Below are positions 40,600 to 51,395 of a stretch of DNA of 64,000 nucleotides, one piece after another; within the stretch, counting starts at the first letter, position 1, and the number at the start of each line of letters is the position of its first letter. Source of the stretch: the human T2T-CHM13v2.0 reference genome, Homo sapiens. A program made the position numbers and the translations under genes. The stretch lies in NCBI RefSeq assembly GCF_009914755.1, contig NC_060929.1; one strand, written 5' to 3'. The notes beneath the pieces are model-generated. The model did no database searches, was not told where the DNA came from, and saw nothing but the letters and a program-made list of their open reading frames with translations.

Positions 40600-42000
40600 T
40601 AGAGAGCGGGTGTTGCGACTCCTCCTCCCCACCACCAGTCAACAACCCCGCCCACCCCCGCCAACTTCTTCTGGCCTCTTAGCGCCTTTCTGCAGCCAGC
40701 CGGCCCGCCCTTCCTCCGGGTGTCTGAGAGCTGGGCGCAGGAGGCGGGCTCAGCGCTGACGGGCTGCGCCTCTGCAGCCAGAGGGAGGAGGCGGGAAGGC
40801 GGGCGGAGGAGGAGGCGGAGGAGGAGGCGGAGGAGGGGGCGGGGACTAAGCAGGGCGGTAGCTGGCGCCGAGCGCGGTGGGAGAGGAGAGGGTACCCGGC
40901 TGGCTCGGCTGGCGGCCTCTGCCTGGATCTCGGCGCCGCAGTCCTGCGCCTCTCCCGCCCCTGTCTCCCGCTCCGCAGCCCCGGGCACGGCGGAGGCAGC
41001 GGAGCCCTGGGCCATCGGTAGGTTGCACGGGGACGACGGCTCCGTCTGTAACCTTTTGTGCTGCAGAAAAGGTGGTGGTTATGGGGGGCTTGGGGGAGTG
41101 GGTTTGCCCCAGGCTCCGATCCCCAGTGCCAGCCCTAATCGCGGCGCCGCCCCTTCCTCTCCGCCTCGTGTCTGGGCCGGGCGCACGATGCCCGCGGTGC
41201 TGGGGAAACCCGGCCGGACCAGCTTCTGCGATGGGCGGCGGGGCGGCCCCAGCGTCCCTTGGCCTTGGTGGACCGGTTCCCAGGCACCCGAAGGGGACTG
41301 GGGTCTGGTAAACTGGGTGGGGCCCGCGCGGGGTGCGGGGAGCTTGCGGTTCCCTGGCACAGGGGTGGGGCCGCAGACGCCGTGAGTGTGCAGCGCGTGT
41401 GAGTGTGCGGGGGCGTGCGCCCCCGTGTGCGCGCGTCGTGCGCTCGCTGGGGAGGTGCGGGGACTCGGCGACCCGGAGCGCCTCTCCCGCGGTGCCGCGG
41501 TGCGGAAGTCGGGGCGCGTTGGCGCGCACGCTCGCTCGCTCCCTCCCTTGGCCGCTGTTCCCGCACCGCGGGGCAGCGGGCCTGGAGGCCCCTTTGAGAA
41601 GTAGCTTTCCCCGGCCGGCGGCACCTTTGGCTGCGTGCCCGGCCGCGCTCAGGGTGCGACTGCCCGGGTCAGATAGCACCTCAGGGCGAGCCCCGGCGGT
41701 CTGATCTCGCCGACCCTCCTCGTCCTGGTTGCAACCCGCGTGCGAGGCCGCCCGCGCCCTCCGAGTGTCTGCCGGTGCAGTGGGGGTGGACTGGCCGGCT
41801 GTGGCCGTGTGTGCGCGTGTGGATTGGGGCCCGGTCCGAGCCAGAAGCTTAAGCGGCAGATGTCGGGCATTGCCACCCTCGCCCCACCTGTCGCGGGTGG
41901 ACTTTGGGGCAGGTGGGAAGCGGAGGAGAGGGGTTTCGAGGCGGGTGGCAGTCAGACCTCCAGCAACGCGGCCCCATTGTGAAGCTGCCAAACTCTCTCT
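40600..42000 (+). promoter_or_regulatory. MACIR: CpG-island promoter of MACIR
   Basis: Abrupt very GC- and CpG-rich block in an AT-rich background. GC box GGGGCGGGG at ~40836-40844, ETS motif CGGAAGT at 41503-41509, no TATA box. Lies upstream of the MACIR coding exon. Confidence 0.92.
40850..41017 (+). other. MACIR: MACIR first exon (5' UTR; start approximate)
   Basis: Follows the GC-box cluster, ends at donor TCG|GTAGGT (41017/41018) and contains no ATG. Confidence 0.7.
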
Positions 42001-43725
42001 AGTGGTGGAATCTGCAGGTCTCCGCCAGAAAGGAGATGGGAACGCGAAGGGAATGATGGCCCCGTCCTTTTCCCCTTGCTAGTGTTCCACACGCTTAGGG
42101 ACTCCCTGCCTCTCCTTCCACCTCAGTTTTCAACCCAGTGGGTTACTGATTTGGGTGGAACCAAGATTTCCGTGTGTGTGTGTGTGGTGCACAGGTAAAG
42201 CTGGAGCTGGGAACTTTTTATTTGAGCAGGAATAATGGAGGCATTTTACAGTGTGCTTGCCGCTCCTAGCTGAAAGAACAATTCTTGGATATTTCTGATG
42301 TTACTAGACTCATTTTCCTTTTTTTTTTTTTTCCGAAGAGCCAACCTACAATTTAGGGTTGTTAGTTGTTTTATTTTCTCAAATCCTGTAATGCTGGATT
42401 GACACTATAGAGGTAGAAATGACCCTTTTGCAAAGTTTATTTTCCCAGTCATTTCAAAATATAGTATTGGTTATTACGGCAGAAGCTTTTGGCCGCGATT
42501 TATGATTACACTATTAAGTTTAATGAATGTGTCACAGAATCCTCAGTGTTTTAATTATGTAACTGAATGCATTATAAACTGAAAAGTAAAATGAACAGGA
42601 TGGAATATAAGAGTTAATGAATACAGAGACCTGTTAATTTGATAATAATTGATGTATAGAATATGCTTTTGCTAACAGTTTATTTAATTGCAAATGAAAG
42701 TGTTAGTAATTATTTCAGTGTATAAGATATATTTATTGATATTATATAACAGTCAATGAATTTGCTTATTTTCTTTGTATATTTCTGTGTATTTTAGAGA
42801 GCTATTATAAAATTAACTCAAAAGTACTTAATATGGTTAGAGTAATAAAGCTTTATGTACAGGGTTTAAAATTTCTTTGCTGATTTGTAGCTGGGGGTGA
42901 GGTGGGGGATCAGCTCCTTTCCTCCAGAGAGAACTTTGATTTTGTCACCAGCCTATCAAAATGAGTACCTGGTTTTAAGCCTTCCCAAAGATTAGCCAAT
43001 TCCACAGTGTACACCTGTTCCATTTTGATGATACTTCCTAAGAGACAAATTTCTTGTAAAGGCTGCATGTTGACCTTTAGTTCCACTTACTGTCGGTCAT
43101 ATTTGCAGTGAAATTGAGTATTTTTCTAAAAGTAGAAGGATGACACCACGTGATAAGAAGATATTAGTAACCTAGGTTTAATTTTTACTAGCAGAAATGG
43201 AAAGATAATTAGTGCTGCACTTTAAGGGGGTGGATTGCTATTAAAAGAACTGATACTAGAAAGAGAAACACATTTTTGTCTTACTGAACGAATTATGGGT
43301 TATCTTACAAAGTTGGCAAGGTTAATGGTTTGTTTGTAAGGTCAAGGATGGTTTCAGAAAAGTCACACCCTAGTTAACTCTTCTTAAAGAGTATTGATGA
43401 CTTACTTTTTGCAAGTTGCAAATGGTAAAGTAAGAATATTTGAAAGAAGCCTCTAAGATGAGCATCTAGGTGCAGCTAAACATTTTGTTTTCATTGTTGT
43501 GTTGTACTTTGACAGTTAAGCCATTTTATTTCTGCTTAGTGTTCAGTTAATATTCCTCCAGAGATGTTTTGGTTCATCTTTTACTTGTTTTTAGTGGTCT
43601 TTGAGATTAGTGGTTACAAAATATTTTCACTATTTTGAAAGAATTTTTAAAAATTGATGTTTTTTTTCCAAGTGCTTTTCCATTATTGGTCTCTTCTTAA
43701 ATAGCCACTCTGAAAATACTACCTG

Positions 43726-43735
43726 TTTTTCTTTT

Positions 43736-43799
<64 letters not shown>

Positions 43800-43800
43800 T

Positions 43801-43854
<54 letters not shown>

Positions 43855-43881
43855 TTTCTTTCTTTCTTTCTTTTCTTTCTT
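43726..43881. repeat. (TTTC)n tetranucleotide STR in intron 1
   Basis: Directly visible. Produces the spurious KERK-repeat ORF 43719-44006. Confidence 0.97.
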
Positions 43882-45342
43882 GAAAATGTTTTGGTGGGCT
43901 TCAGGTTAGGGCCATGAAAAAAATGAAAATAAATGTTTTGATAGCTAGAATTAGAACTCACAGCTTCTACTGTACCAATTTCTCTGCCTAAAATTTGTCC
44001 TTTCATAATATAAACTTTAATGATGAATGTGATTTTTATTTACCAATATTTGAAAGGGCTATGTGCTGGTCCTCATATTTATAGTCTTATGATTTGTGAT
44101 CAATGTTGTTAAATTTTTTCTTACTGCTGTTTTGTTAGTGATCTGTGCTGAAGCTTGAGATTCACGACTTTTTTGTGTGTTTACGGATTTTGTATGGACA
44201 TAAACATTTCCAAATGGAGCTTTGTATATTTTTGGGAAAGCCACTCCCTTTTTTGGGTTCCTAGTGCCATTCAGGTTTACTGTTATTAGAAGGATTTATT
44301 TCCATGTCTGCCCTCCCCTCTGACCCAGTCTCAGGCCATCTCTTTATATGTGCACCAGTGCCTGCATAGTGTGGGGATATATAATAAGACTTAAGAAACA
44401 TTGTTGAATGACTGAATAAGTGAATATCTAAGTGGGTACACCCGAAGAAGAACTCAGACCTGTATGGGAATTCACCGTTCAAGCAGAAGGGTGTTTCCCT
44501 TTTTAAAAAAGTCATTGCCTTTCCATGTTGCTTTTGAGTAGGATAACAAATGAAACAGCCAAACTGAGACACTTTTGAGAGTTAAAGGGGGTTGCTTTCA
44601 ATAATTATGCCAGGGTATTGACTATGAATTGAGATATATAGTCACTCTTCTTTTGAAAGGCATTCTTATTTACCTGTGATAATAACTATCACCTGAGAAA
44701 TTCGATACATTTGGTAGTTAATGTTTGCAAACTTTTCTATTTGTAGAAGCTCCACTTGCAGTGAAATGTTGGGTGTCTTTTGCTTAGTCACCCATGACTT
44801 TCTTATCCAGAAGTCTGTGGGCAGCTCTTGGCCACTGCTTGGTTTTTTCCTATTTTTATTGCTTATGGGATAATGTCCCACTGCATTCTGTTTCAGCTTC
44901 TTATAACTGGAAGCATTTATTATATCTTGTAGCCTTTGCTCTATTTACTTCAGTCTTTGTTTTTATGCAGCATTTAGTCTATCTTCTAAGAATTTCACAT
45001 GGATTCCTTTTCCTCTTGCTGACTGTTTTGGAGAGGAAATCTGTTGATATCTTTCCAAGCCTTCAGTGTTTAGAACATTGGCCAAAATCAGTTGCAAGCG
45101 TTAGAGAATTATAGATTTTTAAAGTATTCTAAAAATGTGTGTTATTTGAAAGGTACATGTTTTGGGAATTTTTATATTACAATCTTTTAATTGTTATAAG
45201 TGGGAGATGGGGGTAGAACCCTTACTGTAATTTTGTAGTAGATTTCTTTATGGGTTATGTCTTAAAGAAAACGTATAATCTTATACTAGTTAGTTTCTGG
45301 TCTTGTTCTTTTTATTTATTTTTCCCTCTTTTTCACCATATA

Positions 45343-45420
45343 CCTCCTCCTCCTCCTCCTCCTCCTCCTGCTCTTCCTCCTCCTCCTCCTGCTCTTCCTC
45401 CTGCTCTTCCTCCTCCTCCC
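45343..45420. repeat. Interrupted (CCT)n triplet repeat in intron 1
   Basis: Directly visible, with GCTCTT interruptions. Confidence 0.95.
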
Positions 45421-48062
45421 ACAAAGCAGGAAGCAGAGTCAAAATTAGAAAAAGTGAGAATGTAATGGAGCTTCTGCACCTTGGTTTTCTTGTGTTGCTC
45501 CCTTGGACATTGTGTTTATATTCTATTTTTGGCTTGGCACTGGCATAATAGGAATAATCAGTTACTACTCTTTGTTTACTATGAAATTACCGATCATTTC
45601 CTAGATTTACACATCAGCTCCAGTGCAAGAGTTGGGTAATGTCTTCAAGGCTCCTCTGCTTTCAAATCCAGACTAAAGTTTTAGTTGATTTCTTTCTTTT
45701 GATGTTGAAAAAGAAACTCTTTGAAAGTGTAAATATTTTTCTAATGCATTTAAAAGCTTGAAAAGAAGAATATGTCACCAAGTACATGAGGCAAATTATA
45801 TGAAAGTTTGAATGAGATTTAAGACTGTCAAAACTATTCTTTAAGATTAAGACATTCAGATATTTCTAATGTTCCTCCTGCTTGTTTTAAATTGACATTT
45901 ATAAAAGTATAAATGAAATCTATCCCACTTTGTGATAGATGTAGTCTTGAGAAATAAAGCGGAAATATATAACTGTATTTGATATCCAACCATATAACCA
46001 GACGGTATTGGTTGATACCTTTTTTTCTGTCACATAATTTATGATTTTAGAAAATAGAAGCTCATAGGAGAAAGAGTCCGTGATTCAGAAGGATTTTGTA
46101 TAAGACTTTCCACGATGTGCCACCAAATCTTAATATTTTTCAAGTTGGAAATAACCATGCAGCTAAGTAGTTCCCCCAACCATTTCACAAATGAGGCAAT
46201 AAAGCTTTTAGATAAAGTGCCTACCCATACACTTAAAATAGATTTTCACTTATAGAAATTACTTGATATACATTTTGCGGGATCATGATTATTGTGTAAA
46301 AGGCTATACATGTTGTCTTATCATTGAACAGAGGCCAGAGTGTAAAGTAAATGATCTTTGGAGTCAGACCAATTGGGGTTCCAATTCCTGCTGTGACTCT
46401 CATGTAGTATCACTTAAAAGAGTACTTTAAAATAGGGCTACTACTAAAGAGTACTTTAAAAATGGGATAATAATATTTTCTTCATGGAGTAGTTAAGATT
46501 AAATGATATAAATTGTATATCACTTTTGACATAAGGAAGATGCTAAAGAAATGTTCGTTTTTAGAACTCCTCTTTCCCATTAAAAATCCATTAAATAAGA
46601 AATGCAGATGAATGTTATTAGTATTGGGGAAATTCTTTGGGATAATTATATTAAATAAACATTTTGTCTGTAGGTAACAATTTTTGTTACAATTTACTGT
46701 GTGTTAAAACCAGAGGCTTCATTGGTGGGGTAGAATCAAGGCTTACTTTTCAAGATTTTTTGGTTCCCCAATTTGAGAATAGTTGGTGGCAAAATACATG
46801 AAAGGGAGTGTTTCTGTTATCTACATCTGAAGAAGTTGCAAAGGCTGATAAACATGCTAGTTTCTTGGAGTGACAGTTCTTGGTGCATTGGCTCCTTCCA
46901 GTTTCTCAAGCTAAAGAAGCACATATTAAACTCAGTAATTATCTATTTCCTTTGGATAAAACTCTCCTGTACTGGTAAGGAAAGTAATAAAGTTACAAAC
47001 TCCTTGCCTTTTTTCTTGCAGTGTGTCTTTTGTTTGATAAGGTATTGTACTGTTGACACTTCTTGGGCTCTGTGCACCTACATAGATAAAATGAATCTAC
47101 TCGCTTCATTTGACACCCCTCCAACTGCTTCTGTTGTTTAACCCAACAGAAAACCAACAGCCAAAGAAACTTTTACAGGTGGAAAAGGACTTTGGAGGGT
47201 TTTCCTCATCTCAGCAAATTAACCCTATTAACTAGGGAGGTAGGAGATAAAGATAGATTCTCTTACACATTAACTTCCCAGGTAAGAGAGGGAAGGCACA
47301 GAGGAGATGCTAGAAACCTTAAGTAAGGTGGTAACTATAAAAAAGTGCTTTTTCAGTCACTCTCTTTTTTTGTTGTGTTATCCAAGAGACTTCTAATCAT
47401 TTGCCTCGCATCAGTCTTATGAAAGATTTACATTGTTGCTGCTTTATGGCTACAATGAGTCGATACCAAAAATTAATTGCATAATAATAGCATCACACGT
47501 TGTAAAGAGCTTTGCAGCATGTAAAGCATTCACCTACCTCATTTCATTTGATCCATCTAACAACTGTATTAGGGAGGAAGGGGGGTTATTACGGTCCACA
47601 TTTTAGAGATTGATATTTATGCAGGGTCAAGAGGCAGAGTTCTTGGCAAGGCCAGAGCTAGGAACTATGGCCTGTGCTTTTGATCCTAGCCTAAGCATTA
47701 TTTTTTTTCCATAGAGTACTGTGAATCGGTTGAACACATGAATAGGACTAGGATGGTGAAACCAATACTTATTACCTTACTTTTTCTTGTCTCTTTATTT
47801 AGCCCAGTTAGCTACTCCTAGTCTCTAGGTAGAATTTAAGTAACAGAGTACAGAGAAATACACATGATAAAATGTTTGAGGATGCATTTAGGTGAACAAA
47901 CTCAACATCAATTGAATTAATTAATTATTGGGTCCTATATAACCTATACTTGATGTTACTACCTCCTGCTAGTTTTATTCTCTTTTGCAGTTAGAATTGA
48001 TATCATGTTATAAGTTGTGTTACTTGTTAAATTAAAGGTTTATTTTTGTATTTCATGTTTAG

Positions 48063-48152
48063 TACCTGGAGTAGAACAGAAAAATTATTATGTCTGTGTT
48101 CCCTTGGGACTCATTGGAAATTGTACAGTGACATCTTCTGGGATTTAGTCTG
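48063..48152 (+). other. MACIR: MACIR internal 5' UTR exon (90 nt)
   Basis: T-rich acceptor TTTTTGTATTTCATGTTTAG|TAC and consensus donor CTG|GTAAGT. Unique, non-repeat sequence. Confidence 0.72.
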
Positions 48153-49293
48153 GTAAGTTATATTTTGCTTTTTCCGTTCGTTAACAGTTGTATGAACACA
48201 ATACCATAATGTGTTTTTTAAAGACTACATAAATAAACAAGTGAATGTGAAATGTCAGTTAATCAAGTGAATGTGAAATGTTGGTGTATTATTGCAAATA
48301 TGTATACTATAATTACAAATTTTTAATGGTGAGAAATGAACTTATTGTTGCAATATGCAAACATTATTTTATTTGAAATGTTTGGCTAAGTTTTCCTTCC
48401 TTTAAATTTCTTCAACGTAAAGATCTTATGAAATAATATTTCAAAGTATAGTAGTTAGAGGTAACTGTTCCAATTTGGGGCAAATTTTAGTAAAAACATT
48501 AATCTCCAAACATTGCTGAAATAATTTGCAAAAAATTCTGGTTATATATTATCATACATAAAGAATGAGCCAACAGGTGTCTGAAAGGAGCATTATTTTC
48601 ACTTAGTCGTACAGCAGTTCACTGAAAATGTGACATTCTTTTTATCACACCCTGAATTTAAACGGTTAAAAATATGCAATGCTGTTTTCTTCCTTTAGTT
48701 GTCTTTTTTCAGTGTGTCATCTGTGTATCTTTGCTGACATAGTTGTCCATGTGTCTCGAAGTCTTTGAAGGGAAAAAAGAAATTCATAATGAGCTATGGT
48801 AGCTCTTTAGCATCCTTAAGACTATATTAGTGTGACTTCATGCTTTGGTGTGTCATTCTACTTGGCCATTATCTTTGTGCATCCTTGCCTTGAATTATGT
48901 AAAGAGATCATAATCCTTAGAGAAAGCGGAGTTTCATAATAAGTGATTTCTAAATTTCTAGTCAGCAGCAGAATGATTCAAAGGAATGGTAGGGAAAAAC
49001 AAATACTTTAATCTCATTAAGTAGATAAAACCTATTACATTTATGAAAATGCATTTTCGAACATTGGAAAATTGGAAACGTTACTAAAATTTTCAGTTTT
49101 GAGGAAAAGAGTAAGAAGTTTGAAAACCATAGTACAAAGTACTTGGAGAGGATATTGAATAAAAAACAATGTGGCCTGGTCACTGACTCAGCTAATAGAA
49201 ATAAAGCACAAAACTAGAGCAATGGGTAGAAACTACAGGAATGTATGTGTATCTATGTCTATCCATCTATCTCTGTATATACCTATATTTATA

Positions 49294-49632
49294 CAGTTGT
49301 CCCTTGGCATCCTTGGGGGATTGGTTCCAGGACTTCCCCCAGGTACCAAAATCTGTTGATACGTAAGTCTCTGATACAAAAATGGTATAGTATTTGCCTA
49401 TAACCTATGCACATCCTCTTGTATACTTTAAATAATCTGTAGATTACTTATAATACCTATTACAATGTAAATGTTACATAAATAGTGGCTGTACTGTATT
49501 ATTTAGGGAATAATGACAAGAAAACAGTCTATACATATTCAGTGTAGATGTAATTTTTTGCTTTTTCAAATATTTTCTCTCTGTGGTTGGTTGAATCCAT
49601 GGATGCAGAACCCGTGGAGACAGGGTTGACTG
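49294..49632 (+). mobile_element. MER2 (TcMar-Tigger MITE)
   Basis: CAGTTGTCCCT...AGGGTTGACTG inverted termini with TA TSD on both sides. Confidence 0.9.
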
Positions 49633-49859
49633 TATATATGCATGTACATACAGATATATGTGTAAATAAATCGACATTCTAGCAGAGCTGCACAAGGTGA
49701 AATGAGTCATCTTGGGAGGCAGTGAGTTGCCTGTCACTGAAGGTGTTCAAACATACACTGGGAAACTATTAAGATTCCTTTTGATTCCAAAATTATACGG
49801 TACAAAAAAATTTAAAATTTGGAGGACCATCTGAAACGTGGAAATATGTGACAAAGAGT

Positions 49860-50440
49860 TCATTTATTTTTAATGTCAGGTTTATTATAACTTAGTAAAA
49901 TCCGTCCTTTTAAAGTGTACGGTTTGATGCATTTTGACAAATGTATCCAGTTATGTAATGACCACTACAGTCAACAAATAGAACATTTTCATCACCCCCC
50001 AAAATTCTCTTTTTCCCCTTTGTAGTTATCCCCTCTCCCCACCCTAGGCCTTGGCAATTAATGATTGATTCTGGCAAATAGTTTTGCCTTTTCCAGAATG
50101 CCACGTAAGTAGAAACATGTAGTATATAGGTGTAATGTCTGCTTCTTTCACTTAGTGTTTCCCCAGATTGTTCCACTTCATTGCTGAGTGGTATCCATTG
50201 TAGGGATGGACTGCAGTTTGTTTATCTCTTTCCCTGTTGATGGATATTTGGATTGTTTCCAGTTTCGGTGTTTGTGAATGAAGCTGTCATAAATATTCAC
50301 ATTCAGGTGTTTGTATGGACGTGTATTTTCATTTTTCTTGGGTTAGATATCTATGAGTATGGTGGCTGTGTTGTTTAATGAACATTTATTCAATTTTATA
50401 AGTAAATGCCAAACTGTTCTCTAACGTAGCTGCACCTGAC
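49860..50440 (-). mobile_element. Old L1M 3' end fragment
   Basis: GAACATTTTCATCACCCCCCAAAATTC...TTTTGCCTTTTCCAGAATG...GGATTGTTTCCAGTTT is typical reverse L1MB/ME 3' UTR. Confidence 0.75.
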
Positions 50441-50734
50441 AAAGGCTTCTAAGTAGCTAAAATAACTACGCCAAAGTGTGTGCAGATGAAGGAGCCCGAT
50501 TCTCATTCAGCACAGATTTATTTTTATTTTATATGCAGTTTTAACACGTTTGGTTAGCAGATATTTCCAGCCCACAGAGGATTAGGAACAGTAAATTAGA
50601 AGGCCTAGGGGTAGGTTGTTAGCAATTATAAGCAGCCAAAAATTATGTTCACCAACATGACTATACAGTAATTACTGATTAAAAACAAAGGAGGGACTTA
50701 AAAGAGTGAAACTCTTCTATCTGATAAGTTCTAT

Positions 50735-50910
50735 CTGACAAGTTCCCAAACCTATATGCATATTAGAATCACCTGGGAATCTTTTACAACTTGCAGAACC
50801 CAGGCTACACCCCAGATCAGTTAAATCACAAATCTGGGATGGAAAACAGACATCAGCAGTTTTTGAAGCTCCTTGCATGATTCTGGTGTAGACAAGTTTG
50901 GGAACCACAT
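50735..50910. mobile_element. MER5A-like (hAT-Charlie) MITE
   Basis: TTCCCAAAC...ATTAGAATCACCTGGGA...AAGTTTGGGAACCAC. Confidence 0.75.
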
Positions 50911-51092
50911 GCTAGAAGCACAACATGGACTTGGAGCCAGGGGGCCTGGGTTGTAATTATGGGCATTAACTATCTATGTGGCTCTGGGCAGGACCCTGTC
51001 TTGGTGGTTTCAGTGTCTTCTCTATATTTCAAGGTGGATGTTCCAGGTAGGTTATGTCCAAGATGATTCTGGCATTAAAACTATACCACTCT

Positions 51093-51395
51093 AGCCAGGG
51101 GCGGTGGCTCGCACCTGTAATTCTAGCTACTTGGGACATTAAGGAGGGAGGATTGCTTGAGACCAGCCTGGACAACATAGTGAGACCTCATCTCTAAAAG
51201 TATAAAAGAAATAATTAACCAGATTTGGTGATGCACACCTATGTCCCAGCTACTTGGGAGGCTGACGTGGGAGGATCGCTTGAGACCAGGAGTTTGAGGC
51301 TGCAGTGAGCTATCATTGCCCTACTGCACTCCAGCATGGGTGACAGAGCAAGACCCTGTGTCTAAACAAACAAACAAACAAACAAACAACACAAA
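51093..51395 (+). mobile_element. AluJ
   Basis: Diverged Alu dimer with (AAAC)n tail. Confidence 0.9.

Noticed and set aside
40599-42082. Many long overlapping ORFs on both strands (up to 381 aa)
   Set aside because: Expected in a stop-poor CpG island. They are low-complexity A/G/P/R-rich, mostly start at non-ATG codons and run through splice donors. Only the exon 1 part of the 40720 frame is kept as a hypothesis.
43719-45548. KERK-rich, poly-Pro and poly-Ser ORFs
   Set aside because: Translations of the (TTTC)n and (CCT)n repeats.
46414-46462. Direct repeat AAAGAGTACTTTAAAA x2
   Set aside because: Small slippage duplication inside a degraded MIR, with no indication of function.
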